Notes: generated by a model not told the origin, from the letters alone. DNA of 64,000 bases from an uncultured Pseudomonadales bacterium (GCA_964556485.1 CAZKVV010000005.1:16326-80325); one strand, 5' to 3'. Counted from the first letter of the stretch, positions 22,801 through 31,626 are shown. Program-made: numbers and translations.

Positions 22801-23293
22801 CACGCTTTGGTCTAAGTTCTGCTGTAAATAAATCTCTTCCAGTAGCAGTATCTGTTTCGGCACTAAAAGAAGCGCCTGGCGCTCTTACCAACTGAGTAAC
22901 CACTGCGCGTTCAATGCCATTTACCACAAAAGTACCAATTGGAGTCATCTTTGGAATATCACCTAAGAAAACTTCTTGCTTTTGTTCTTCGCCTGTTTTT
23001 TTATTGAGAAGTGAGGCTTCAACATAGAGTGGCATATCATAAGTCACCCCTTTTGCTTTTGCCTGCTCGATACTGTACTTTGGTTTTCCAAAACGATACT
23101 CACCAAATGCCAATCTCCAGTTTTTACCCGTGTAGTCAGAAATACCTTGCTCACCATTTACTTCGATAAGCGACTGCTTGATACCTTCAGAAAGAAATTG
23201 CTGGTAACTATCAAGCTGTAGCTTGACCAAGTCGAGCTCCGGAAGCACCTTATTTGTAAATCCCCAATTTTGGCGTGTAATGGTGTTAGACAT
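19874..23293 (-). CDS. rpoB: DNA-directed RNA polymerase subunit beta
   Basis: The ATG at 23293 (MSNTITRQNW) is preceded by AGAGGGAAGGG; the ORF track's 23341 is a GTG extension. Confidence 0.96.
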   Translation of the reverse strand: MSNTITRQNWGFTNKVLPELDLVKLQLDSYQQFLSEGIKQSLIEVNGEQGISDYTGKNWRLAFGEYRFGKPKYSIEQAKAKGVTYDMPLYVEASLLNKKTGEEQKQEVFLGDIPKMTPIGTFVVNGIERAVVTQLVRAPGASFSAETDTATGRDLFTAELRPKRGSWIEMTVGKRDVMTVKIDRRRKMPVTVLLRAVGYSSDDEIREALKEAIGIDQLNLVENTIQKDVSKTKEEALIEIYEKMRPGEPAVLDNALEYLKQLFFDDRRYNLDRVGRYKLNRRLGVSVDLNTTILTKEDILATVSYLIKLQNGVGKLDDIDHLSNRRVRQIGELVKDSAFRIGLIRLERSIREKMSLTKTDEVLTPAALVNARPLIATISEFFRRNRLSTILDQTNPLSEIDNLRRLSVMGTGGVTRERASFSMRDINASQYSRIDPVRSPEGPNIGLVTYLSLYARVNDFGFLEAPYRPVKEANGEMVVQDEVVYLSADEEEDYRITHASIEIDAKGVIQSEWIPMRYMNTFIEGNVKDAQYIDVVPRQVIGTSASLIPFIAHDEANRALMGTHMQCQAVPLVKPQAPIVGTGMERSVAVSMGRTVEARHAGTVSYVDGNKVVITLSKADATEFADTAGDEISLIDGNEETYFVQKFVRTSQSTCYSQTPIVSLGDEIKKGDVIIDGPSADHGELSLGTNLLIAYASFDGLGYEDAIVISDRLVKDDTLTSIQINEHKAKVMDTKLGPEELTNDIPNVSEVYLSNLTPDGIIRVGSVVTAGDILVGKIAPKGETELTPEERLLRAIFGEKSREVRDTSVRLPHGEQGIVIDVQILDSDLGDELDPGTLKEVTVKVAQLRKITVGDKLAGRHGNKGVISKIVPSADMPHLEDGTPVDIVISPLSVLARMNLGQLFEAHAGWAASKLGYNIAVPAFEKFEESRIWNELERAGLPVSGKAQLFDGRTGEQFGEETTVGIGYILKLSHMVEDKMHARSTGPYSLVTQQPLGGKAQMGGQRLGEMEVWALEAHRAAHILQEMLTIKSDDVMGRAKAFEAIVKGLDIPAPTVPESFRVLMRELNSLGIDVVPHEAVLEEIIEEKVEITPEEMAELEAAAGIEETIDPDGDEIEVVPAEDTDISVDELETTEEDEA

Positions 23294-23535
23294 GAAAACC
23301 CTTCCCTCTTTATTGACTCCTGACTTTATGTACCGTGTCACTAATCGTTATACTTACTATAAAGCGCTTGTGAGGCAGAAAACGTGGCACCAAGTTTAAA
23401 CCGTTAATTTGTGTGCCACGAAAAATACAGAGAGGCACTCTGTGCTCTCCCTTTGTTACTTATTTGAAACCGAAGTTCCGTGTTCTCTACTTCTCAAGAA
23501 ACAACCTCACGCTCTTTTTTGTACAACTGAAGATC

Positions 23536-23566
23536 CAATTATAGCACCACAAGTATGCTAACGCAA
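23536..23566 (-). promoter_or_regulatory. Candidate rpoBC promoter: -35 TTGCGT, 17-nt spacer, extended -10 TGcTATAAT (minus strand), followed by a 5'UTR of about 240 nt
   Basis: Reverse complement of 23536-23566 reads ttgcgttagcatacttgtggtgctataat. It overlaps the 3' end of mltG. Confidence 0.5.
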
Positions 23567-24541
23567 GTATCTGCTGATATTCGTGTTATGCTCATCCAAA
23601 GTTTTAGCATAATACATTTCGCCAGATGGAGCGTGTAAATAGAAAACATCGTCAACCTCAAAAGGATTGAGCGCTGCTGCAAGTGCATTACTGCCTGGGT
23701 TGCAGATAGGACTGGAAGGCAAACCTGCATTCATATACGTGTTAAACACACTATTTATTTGTTTGTCAGCTGCTAGTGGAACACCCCACCATTCACCTTT
23801 TGCATTTTTACCTTTTGCATACTGCAGTGTCGCATCTACTTGTAGCGCCATACCAATATCAATTCTATGCCAAAGAATGCCTGCAACATGTCGCATTTGT
23901 TCATAGTCTCGCGCTTCTCTTTGCACCAGCGAGGCCATGATCAAGACAGAATCCATTGGCCTGCTCTGAGCTGCAATATTTTTCTCGAGTGAATCAATTT
24001 CCAACTCATATTGAGAAGTCAGAAGATCATACAATTGCTCGGCCGTAGCTTCTCGGGGCACAAGATAGGTCTCAGGAAAGAGCTTTCCCTCACTATTTCC
24101 AGCCAGTTTCATAAATTGATCAACGTCAAACTCTATTAGCTCTTCTTGCGCATCTAAATACTCTGCGATTTCCTCCATTCGCCAACCCTCGAGCAAAGTA
24201 ATCCACATATCTTGCATGCCTTTAGTCAGAGCCTCCGCAATCTCTTGGGGTGTTGATGCTGCAGAAACTTCAAATGAGCCAGCCTGGATTTTAGGACCAA
24301 GTCCAGTTAATCGCACCACAGTTTTAAAGACAAGCGCGTTTTTTATAACTTTAGCTTCTTGTAGTCTGTTGGCAATAGAGCTGACCGATTCACCTTTTCG
24401 AACAATAAATTGTTGAGTAGATTCGTCAGTGGATGATGCGACTGGTTGCAGCAATGTGCACACATACAGAGCAGCACCAGCACTCAAAGTGAGCAATAGT
24501 ACGCAGAAACCTAGCAATAACTGATGTTTGGACACCTGCAT
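23558..24541 (-). CDS. mltG: endolytic murein transglycosylase MltG/YceG family
   Basis: N-terminal TM anchor plus a YceG-like domain. It lies near ruvX, a widely conserved neighbourhood. Confidence 0.8.
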   Translation of the reverse strand: MQVSKHQLLLGFCVLLLTLSAGAALYVCTLLQPVASSTDESTQQFIVRKGESVSSIANRLQEAKVIKNALVFKTVVRLTGLGPKIQAGSFEVSAASTPQEIAEALTKGMQDMWITLLEGWRMEEIAEYLDAQEELIEFDVDQFMKLAGNSEGKLFPETYLVPREATAEQLYDLLTSQYELEIDSLEKNIAAQSRPMDSVLIMASLVQREARDYEQMRHVAGILWHRIDIGMALQVDATLQYAKGKNAKGEWWGVPLAADKQINSVFNTYMNAGLPSSPICNPGSNALAAALNPFEVDDVFYLHAPSGEMYYAKTLDEHNTNISRYLR

Positions 24542-25116
24542 TAGCAGTCATTTCTATTATAGATCTCGTCAAAAATTGGTTCAGCAATAACACACTTATC
24601 TGCAGAATAAAGAAGACATCTAATTTCAGTTAGCAGTGATCCCGCAAACTGGGGATCAAAAAAATAACTACCAATCGCTCGCGCCATTATTTGTGATGCT
24701 TTATCCACCGGATATCTAGAAATACCTGTGGAAATGCAGGGAAACGAAATGCTGGTAAGCTGATACTGATCTGCGAGCCACAGGCAATTTCTATAGCAAG
24801 CGAAAAGCAGTTCTGCCTCATTGCCACCTTCTTGTCCAAAAATTGGACCCACGGTATGAATAACATACGGTGCTGCCAACCTATAACCCTTGGTTATAAT
24901 CACCTGAGATGTCTCAAGGCCACCATATTGTTTGCATTCTTCTTTGAGTTCTGGTCCTGCTGCGAGTGTGATTGCAGTATCAACGCCACCAGCCATTTCA
25001 AAATTTTTAGTAGTCGCATTCACAATAGCATCAGTATCCTGCGAGGCTATATCTCCCTCCAGCAAGATAACCATCGGCAAATTTTCAAATTGTTTCCAGT
25101 ATTCTTTTCTATGCAT
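24541..25116 (-). CDS. macro-domain protein (ADP-ribose / O-acetyl-ADP-ribose processing)
   Basis: LEGDIxxxxxDAIVNAT...GGVDTAI motif typical of macro domains. Confidence 0.7.
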   Translation of the reverse strand: MHRKEYWKQFENLPMVILLEGDIASQDTDAIVNATTKNFEMAGGVDTAITLAAGPELKEECKQYGGLETSQVIITKGYRLAAPYVIHTVGPIFGQEGGNEAELLFACYRNCLWLADQYQLTSISFPCISTGISRYPVDKASQIMARAIGSYFFDPQFAGSLLTEIRCLLYSADKCVIAEPIFDEIYNRNDC

Positions 25117-25154
25117 ATAGTTGTGCCAATACTACCATACTTTATATAAGCTCA

Positions 25155-25535
25155 CTACTCTTGTTCGTCTATCCATTCTTGTAAGAAGGTTGCTGCAGCA
25201 AAATGATCTATTGCTCCCTGTCGCTTTTTTTGTTTCGCAAACAACATTTTTTCATGGACAACTTTTGAACTTAAAGTTTCATCAGCATGCAGCACCGGAA
25301 TGGTCAGCTGTTTGCGCAATGTTTCTGCAAAAGCCTCACTTTTAAGGGCCATGACATTTTCTGAAATGCCCACAACCACCTGTTGCACCGCTTCTCTCTG
25401 CACTATGTTGAGAATCTGAGAATAGAGATCAGCATCGTTGGGTAAAATAATCAGCGGGTCTGCCAGTGTTCCTCTGCTCACTGCCACACCAACTCTAACG
25501 GTGCCGTAATCGAGTGCTAAGGTTTTTGGAATCAT
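25155..25535 (-). CDS. ruvX: Holliday-junction resolvase-like protein RuvX/YqgF
   Basis: LALDYGTVRVGVAVS N-terminus; 126 aa. Confidence 0.82.
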   Translation of the reverse strand: MIPKTLALDYGTVRVGVAVSRGTLADPLIILPNDADLYSQILNIVQREAVQQVVVGISENVMALKSEAFAETLRKQLTIPVLHADETLSSKVVHEKMLFAKQKKRQGAIDHFAAATFLQEWIDEQE

Positions 25536-25541
25536 ATCAAA

Positions 25542-26492
25542 CTATTGTACCAGCTGTGCGGTAACAACTCCTCGACGTAAATAAGTACCTTCAGGAGTAC
25601 AGGTCACTAACTTTAACTGCTTAGCATCATAATGTTGGGTAAGAATATAGACATCTTCCGGCTGAACTTCAGTTTTTTCTTGGACAATATATCGAAATTT
25701 CACGCCATCAGCAGTCACAAATATTTCATCTCCAGACTTCAGGGTCATAATAGTGCTAAAAATTGAGTTATATCTTCTAGGATTTTTTTCACTCGGATTA
25801 TAGAACTGTCGCAAGACAGAATGGCCAAATATCACTGGGGCACCTGGTTGTCCAGGCAACGCAGTTCCCTTGTAAGCAACTAGAGATTTATTTAGATCGG
25901 CACCACCCACAGTAACAACAGCATTCTTAATATTTAGTTTTGGAATATCCACCACATACTCTGCTATAGAAGCTGCATCTGAATCCCTCTGAAGGGGTAA
26001 TTCTGGCAATGTTGCAGCTGTAAACCAGTTATTAAGATTTGTGTAGTCAAGTTGTTCATCCACAATGATTGGTTCAATAGGTTCATCACTTAAGCCTGCT
26101 ACCGAGCCAGAAGTATCAATCACCAGTGGTGTTACATCCATCACTTGTTCTCGAGGAACTGGAGCCAGCAAATTTGCAGTTTGCAATACAGGAGCGGTTG
26201 ATACGTAGTAAGTAAGGATTGGAAAGACTGCACTACCTACTAAATAAATTCCAAATCCCAAAAATGAAACTGGAATAATAAATGCACCGACTCTCACAAT
26301 TTTTGGGACTCTTTTTTTGACTTTTTGCGCTCGCTCTTTTACGTATGTTTTTTCAATAGCGTCACTCACAGACATGCGTGCGATTTGCTTTTGAATTTTT
26401 GTCTCAAGTTCTTCAAGAGGCACACCACTAACAAGCGCCTTACGATACAACTCAACTAACTGAGAGTGGAGGGCAGACTGCTTGGTACTCAT
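25542..26492 (-). CDS. sortase-family transpeptidase (membrane-anchored)
   Basis: Internal TM helix, conserved His (IFGHS) and a catalytic LVTCTP (TLxTC) motif. Confidence 0.8.
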   Translation of the reverse strand: MSTKQSALHSQLVELYRKALVSGVPLEELETKIQKQIARMSVSDAIEKTYVKERAQKVKKRVPKIVRVGAFIIPVSFLGFGIYLVGSAVFPILTYYVSTAPVLQTANLLAPVPREQVMDVTPLVIDTSGSVAGLSDEPIEPIIVDEQLDYTNLNNWFTAATLPELPLQRDSDAASIAEYVVDIPKLNIKNAVVTVGGADLNKSLVAYKGTALPGQPGAPVIFGHSVLRQFYNPSEKNPRRYNSIFSTIMTLKSGDEIFVTADGVKFRYIVQEKTEVQPEDVYILTQHYDAKQLKLVTCTPEGTYLRRGVVTAQLVQ

Positions 26493-28702
26493 TATTCAGT
26501 TTCTTTTGTGAGTACTACTTCTACTCGACTTTCATTTTTTGGAACAGATCTTGTAAATGAAGGTGACAAGGTCATTTCAACGGACTTCACACCTTTCAAA
26601 CTCTGCAACTGTGACTTCGCTGTTTGAACAGATTGACCAAGAATCGATTTCTTTGCGTCATCTAAATTTAACTTAGGCACTGCAACGGAACTCAGGTTAG
26701 CTGAAAGTGTGACAACGCTAGCTGAACCGGATGCAGCTTTTGATTCTTCTGGTGCAGATAAAATTTGCGGCTTTTCTGGTGAAAGCTCGTAACCTTCAGG
26801 TATTTCGCTTTTAAGCACAGCTGCAGCAAGCGGCTGTAAATCTCCAATACTGTATGAAAGCAGTGAAACAGTCATTTCTAGTTTAGCTGTGACTTCATTT
26901 GCTTCGGTATCAACCTTGGCATCAAAGTCTGCCTTTTCTTTAGCCACAGTAGCATTTGGCAAAACATAGACACCCTCGGCAGCGTCGTCTTCTAATGCTT
27001 TAATAGCTTCTGCTATCAATTTTTGTTTTAATTCAGCAACAACTTCGATTTGGTCTGCAGCGGCAACAACCCGCACCTCTCTACTTGAACCACCAGTAAA
27101 GTCCTTTATTGAAACTGCTTCATAAGTAGTTGCCGCAAAAGATTCAATGACAAACTTTGTCTCTTTGCTAATATTACTTTCCGTACCAATCTCTTTAGCT
27201 GTAATAGATACTTCGGCTTTACCAAACTCTATTCCTTGCTCCTTAACACTTGCCGAAGCAACTATTACATCAGAATCAAGTGTAAAAACCAACGTTCCTG
27301 CCTTAAATGCTGTACCAGTTTTGAACTCTTTATCGGCAGTGGACTTGTTGTACAACGTAACAGATCCCTTTGCCTTCTCGCCAACAATTTTGATGCCTGT
27401 TGTTAAAATAGTATTTTCACCTGTCACTGTTTTAGTTAGGGTTGTTGCTGCCAACAGCAGCTTTTCCGCATCAGAGCTTGTAGCATTTGAATCTAGCTTA
27501 ATACTCACCTGTTTGGAAACCTGTTTTTTTTCAAGAAGTAATGAGAAACGAGCCGTAGCAAAAAGTGAGGTAGCAAATAACCCTAATGCTGCCACCGTTA
27601 GTATTCCCCCAACAATTCCTGCAAGTATAAATTTCTTGGTGTGTTTTGCATGAAACAGTGACGTTGTTGAAGACTTTTTCTCTGTTTTTGCAGCAGATTT
27701 TTCTGTTGGCTTTTCCTCATGCTTTACATGGGCTGTATGTGTCTCATGAGTGGTACTGTGCTCTGGCTTATGCAGTAATTTTTCAGTTGGAATAGGGATG
27801 CCAAATGAAGTTGGTTGATGCTCTGAAAAACCTAAATCTGCAGCGGCAACTTGAGGTCTAACGCGCTCCACTTCTGGGGCAACATCACTACTGTGAGAAG
27901 ATGCTATCTCTCGATCTGTTGAATCTGCAACCACTAGACCCTTGCTCGCGGCAATTGCTACGCCTGCTTCAACAGCTAGTAATTGCAAATACTCATGTTG
28001 TGGCAAAATTGAGATGGTAGGAGTTTGTAAAAACTCTGGATGTTCTGTCCAGTTTATTGCAAGTAAATGTTGTTGTGCCTCTTTGAGCACTTCGTCATTT
28101 TCATCACTAGAAGCTAACACTAATTGAGGGGGTAAATACCCAGCATTCTCAACTGCAGGATTAGCAAATCGAGCTAAACCCTCTGCTAAATCGCCAACTA
28201 GGTCCCCAGATCTACCAACTGGTACAGTACTAGTTACCGCGCCTCGTTCAACCAAAGACAATACCACATGCTCTACACCAACAATAACGAGAACTCCAGA
28301 ATAACGTGGATCTTTGGCAAGTTGCTTTTCGACCATAGCTTCAGAGGTAACAATAAAACCGAGTGGCTCAAGTGATAGCTCATCAGTGATTTTCTTAAGT
28401 AATGGTTTCTTTTCTTCAATCAGCTCACCTGCTTTTGCCCATGTGTAAGGTACGGCAAACAAAACTGAGCTTACTTGTTCTGAATCTGGACCAAGTTCTT
28501 GCAATACTTCATCAGTTCTACTTACTGCCGAAGCAGCATCTGTATATCTTTTCAGTTTTGAATGATGTTCTAACTCAACAGTTCCCTGCTCAATCTTGAG
28601 TAACAAGGACTGCACTGAACCACTCGTAACGATAAGACCTAAAAAACGATCCATTTTGTGTGTGGAATCTTTCGTTGTTGGAAATAGGTGTGGCAGTTCC
28701 AT
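26492..28702 (-). CDS. hypothetical 736-aa bitopic membrane protein: cytoplasmic N-domain of about 330 aa (possibly actin-like/FtsA-PilM-like, weak), one TM, and a large extracellular Thr/Ser/Ala-rich domain
   Basis: Hydrophobic stretch FILAGIVGGILTVAALGLFATSLFA. No LPXTG at the C-terminus. An alternative ATG at 28654 is possible. Confidence 0.5.
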   Translation of the reverse strand: MELPHLFPTTKDSTHKMDRFLGLIVTSGSVQSLLLKIEQGTVELEHHSKLKRYTDAASAVSRTDEVLQELGPDSEQVSSVLFAVPYTWAKAGELIEEKKPLLKKITDELSLEPLGFIVTSEAMVEKQLAKDPRYSGVLVIVGVEHVVLSLVERGAVTSTVPVGRSGDLVGDLAEGLARFANPAVENAGYLPPQLVLASSDENDEVLKEAQQHLLAINWTEHPEFLQTPTISILPQHEYLQLLAVEAGVAIAASKGLVVADSTDREIASSHSSDVAPEVERVRPQVAAADLGFSEHQPTSFGIPIPTEKLLHKPEHSTTHETHTAHVKHEEKPTEKSAAKTEKKSSTTSLFHAKHTKKFILAGIVGGILTVAALGLFATSLFATARFSLLLEKKQVSKQVSIKLDSNATSSDAEKLLLAATTLTKTVTGENTILTTGIKIVGEKAKGSVTLYNKSTADKEFKTGTAFKAGTLVFTLDSDVIVASASVKEQGIEFGKAEVSITAKEIGTESNISKETKFVIESFAATTYEAVSIKDFTGGSSREVRVVAAADQIEVVAELKQKLIAEAIKALEDDAAEGVYVLPNATVAKEKADFDAKVDTEANEVTAKLEMTVSLLSYSIGDLQPLAAAVLKSEIPEGYELSPEKPQILSAPEESKAASGSASVVTLSANLSSVAVPKLNLDDAKKSILGQSVQTAKSQLQSLKGVKSVEMTLSPSFTRSVPKNESRVEVVLTKETE

Positions 28703-28768
28703 AATGTACCCAACAGAAAAAAGAAGATTGTACTCTCAATCCTGTATACACTCATTAAAGCAAAAAAG

Positions 28769-30628
28769 TTACTCTAAGTAAACTCTCCGTATGCCGGCAG
28801 CTGCGGATTGTTCTTTGCTTATGGTCACTGCACCAATTTCTCCAGTATGAGTTACATGAGGTCCGCCACAGAATTCTTTAGATATCCAGTCAGTTTGAGC
28901 ATCTTTTCCGATGGTGTACACCGTAACCATATCTGGGTATTTTTCAACAAAAAATGCAACTGCACCTGATGCTAGCGCCTCTTGCTTTGGTAATGTCTGC
29001 ATGGTTACTGGCAAATCTTGCACGATCCACTCATTTATTTGGGCCTCAACTTGTTGTTTTTCTTGGTCAGTCAGAGGCTTGGTATGAGTAAAATCAAATC
29101 TCAACCGTTCTCCCGTAATATTTGAGCCCTTTTGCCGTACATGGGTACCTACAATTTTTCTGAGAGCTGCATGGAGTAGGTGAGTCGCGGTATGGTACTT
29201 TGTCGTTTGCTCAGAATGATCTGCGAGTCCACCTTTAAACATCGCTCCAGAAGCTTGACGAGATAATGAAGCATGAGCCTGTCTAGCAGTATCAAAGTCT
29301 TCTTGAGAAATTTGTTGACCACGCTCCGCGGCAATTTCAGCAGTAATCTCAAAAGGAAATCCATAGGTTTCGTAGACCTTAAATGCAACTGTTCCATCAA
29401 TCACTGCAACTTTTTCAAGTTCTGACAATCCTTTAGCTAATGCCTTTTGAAATTTTCCTTCCTCTGCCATAAAAACAGTCTTAATTGTCTCGAACTCTTT
29501 TTGCACTTCAGGATATGCATCTGCATAGAGTGTTCGAACTGCTTCTGCAACAGAAACAATGAATGGGCTCGATATGCCGATCAATTTTCCAAACCGTATT
29601 GCTCGACGAACCAACCTACGTGCAAAATAGCCTTGTGCTTTATTAGAAGGGTACACGCCGTCTGCAGCCAACAAGGTCGCAGCACGTACATGATCGGCAA
29701 TGACTCTAAAGGATCTATTGTCTTCTTCAGAAAAACCGTACTTTTTGCCTGATACACCTTCAATTACTTGCATTATTGGAGTAAATATGTCGGTAGCAAA
29801 TACATCTTGCTTACCCTGGCTTACAGCATAAATACGTTCAAATCCGCCACCAAAATCAACATTTTTTTGCGCTAACTCTGTAAAACTACCATCTACTTGC
29901 TTCTGGTACTGCATAAAAACCGAATTACCAATCTCTAAGAATCTACCGCAATCACAGTTCACGTGACAAGGTTCTTCACTAAACCGACTGGTCTCGTGTA
30001 AATGCAACTCTGCCCCAAAATCATAAAAAATCTCACTGTCTGGACCACCTGGTTCACCTGCAGGCATGTTATCTGGAACTCCTGCGCGAGACCACCAGTT
30101 TTTCTTCTCACCATAGTAAAAAATGCGCGACAATCCTAAACCATTTTTCTCAGGCTCCCTTTCTGCCGTAGCATCTATCCCCACTGTCTTAAAAATGTCT
30201 TGCCAAATCTGGACAGATTCATCATCAGGACCAATACCTAGTTTGTCATTACCAGCAAAAACAGTCACAAATATCTTAGCAGGTGCAAGTCCAACTTGCT
30301 TTGTGAGGAACTCGAAAAACCAGCTCAGCTGTTCTTTTTTGAAATAATCACCTAGGGACCAATTCCCCAGCATCTCAAAAAAAGTGATATGTCTGTTATC
30401 GCCAACTTCTTCAATATCCTGTGACCGAAAACATTTTTGGCTATCTACAATCCGCGCGCCTTTTGGATGTTTTTCCCCAAGTAAATACGGCACCATAGGT
30501 TGCATACCAGATCCAGTAAACAAGGTGGTTGGATCATTATCAGGCACAAGCGGCGCTGAAGGGATGATGGCGTGACCATTTTGTTCGAAAAATCGAAGAT
30601 ATTTTTGTCTTAATTCTGTAGGATTCAT
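28769..30628 (-). CDS. alaS: alanine--tRNA ligase, compact form of about 619 aa lacking a C-Ala domain
   Basis: Class II AlaRS N-terminus MNPTELRQKYLRFFEQNGH. Editing-domain motifs HxxxH (HTATHLLH) and CGGPHV. The ATG at 30628 is used instead of the upstream extension. Confidence 0.9.
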   Translation of the reverse strand: MNPTELRQKYLRFFEQNGHAIIPSAPLVPDNDPTTLFTGSGMQPMVPYLLGEKHPKGARIVDSQKCFRSQDIEEVGDNRHITFFEMLGNWSLGDYFKKEQLSWFFEFLTKQVGLAPAKIFVTVFAGNDKLGIGPDDESVQIWQDIFKTVGIDATAEREPEKNGLGLSRIFYYGEKKNWWSRAGVPDNMPAGEPGGPDSEIFYDFGAELHLHETSRFSEEPCHVNCDCGRFLEIGNSVFMQYQKQVDGSFTELAQKNVDFGGGFERIYAVSQGKQDVFATDIFTPIMQVIEGVSGKKYGFSEEDNRSFRVIADHVRAATLLAADGVYPSNKAQGYFARRLVRRAIRFGKLIGISSPFIVSVAEAVRTLYADAYPEVQKEFETIKTVFMAEEGKFQKALAKGLSELEKVAVIDGTVAFKVYETYGFPFEITAEIAAERGQQISQEDFDTARQAHASLSRQASGAMFKGGLADHSEQTTKYHTATHLLHAALRKIVGTHVRQKGSNITGERLRFDFTHTKPLTDQEKQQVEAQINEWIVQDLPVTMQTLPKQEALASGAVAFFVEKYPDMVTVYTIGKDAQTDWISKEFCGGPHVTHTGEIGAVTISKEQSAAAGIRRVYLE

Positions 30629-30915
30629 GGTTCCCCACTTTCTTTTTTGGCACAAAAAAACTCGTCTGCGCCGCATAGTATTACTAGTTACTACCGGCAA
30701 GGACGAGTATATCGTGGTACCACCTTGCTTTATTTAGCGAAATATTCACTAAAACTTGTTATTTCACTTTTACGGCGAATTCCCGGATTCTCTTAGGCGT
30801 AGCGTTCGAGAATCAGCTCATGGGTGGCCAAATGTGTTTGTATTACTCGTTTTCAGCTACCCGAGCTCTCTTATTAATACAATGCTGTTTAGTACAGCCA
30901 CATTATCTCCCAATC
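30629..30915 (-). ncRNA. putative T-box riboswitch leader of alaS
   Basis: Minus-strand sequence contains aaGCAAGGUGGUACCACGa, close to the T-box consensus AAUUAGGGUGGUACCGCG. It is immediately followed by a terminator hairpin CUCGUC...GACGAG plus U7 ending 24 nt before the alaS ATG. Upstream there is an AGAGAG motif, and GAAC-GCU-A is a candidate Ala specifier. A promoter-like TTGTTT-17-TGTATAAT lies at about 30925-30957. Confidence 0.55.
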
Positions 30916-30959
30916 GCAGCTTTTATTGACTTGTAAACCTATTATACAAAATAACTCGT

Positions 30960-30992
30960 TTGAAAACAACTTTTTCTCTATGCTATAGTTTA
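30960..30992 (+). promoter_or_regulatory. Candidate promoter TTGAAA-18 nt-TGcTATAGT ending 11 nt before the ATG at 30998; implies a leaderless or near-leaderless mRNA
   Basis: ttgaaaacaactttttctctatgctatagt seen directly. No SD before the ATG. Confidence 0.45.
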
Positions 30993-30997
30993 CTCAC

Positions 30998-31624
30998 ATG
31001 CAAGAAAATGTCGCACAAGCTGAAACCAACACCACTGCACCAAGCTCTCAAAAATCGGGTCGTCCACTCGTGCTAGCTATCGGTGCTGTTGCCGTGTTAG
31101 CACTCTGTTCTGCGGGAGGGTATGCTATATATCAGTATTTTTCCAGTCTAAGTCCCATCGTAATGCTCGAGTCAGCAACTTCATATGAAGAATGTATGCG
31201 GCTTGAAAAAAGTATCGTTACTGTAGGCAAACCAAGCACCTGTACCACAGAAAGTGGCGATATATATGAAGAATACATTCCACCAACAGTAATAGTGGAA
31301 ACTTCTGCAAATGGCATTGAATCATTTGAGACAACTAACACAGAAGTTCCCAATCCACAGCTTGCAAAAGTAAAAGAGTACTCACTAGATGTTCAAACCT
31401 GCGTAGTTGGAACAACGCTTAGCTCAGAACTAACTACTTCAAAATCTACAGAAACCATCGCAATTTTGTCAAACAATGACATCGATTGCGTGATTGCGTA
31501 TAAAAGGACAAATGAAGTTGATCAATCTGTCTGTACTGTCCCTAAAAATGTTGAAAAACTCACCTTCACAACTACACCGTTTGGTGGCTTTCATATTGCT
31601 CCTCTCAGTGCCTACTGCAAATAA
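30998..31624 (+). CDS. hypothetical membrane-anchored secreted protein (208 aa)
   Basis: N-terminal TM LVLAIGAVAVLALCSAGGYAIY followed by a Thr/Ser-rich soluble domain. Confidence 0.5.
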   Translation: MQENVAQAETNTTAPSSQKSGRPLVLAIGAVAVLALCSAGGYAIYQYFSSLSPIVMLESATSYEECMRLEKSIVTVGKPSTCTTESGDIYEEYIPPTVIVETSANGIESFETTNTEVPNPQLAKVKEYSLDVQTCVVGTTLSSELTTSKSTETIAILSNNDIDCVIAYKRTNEVDQSVCTVPKNVEKLTFTTTPFGGFHIAPLSAYCK

Positions 31625-31626
31625 GA

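Noticed and set aside
27147-27653. 168-aa + strand ORF
   Set aside because: Antisense inside the 736-aa membrane-protein gene, so it is a shadow ORF.
30720-30900. Possible tRNA or other small RNA in the 370-nt alaS upstream spacer
   Set aside because: No cloverleaf or GGTTCGAATCC T-loop is present. The region is better explained as a T-box leader.
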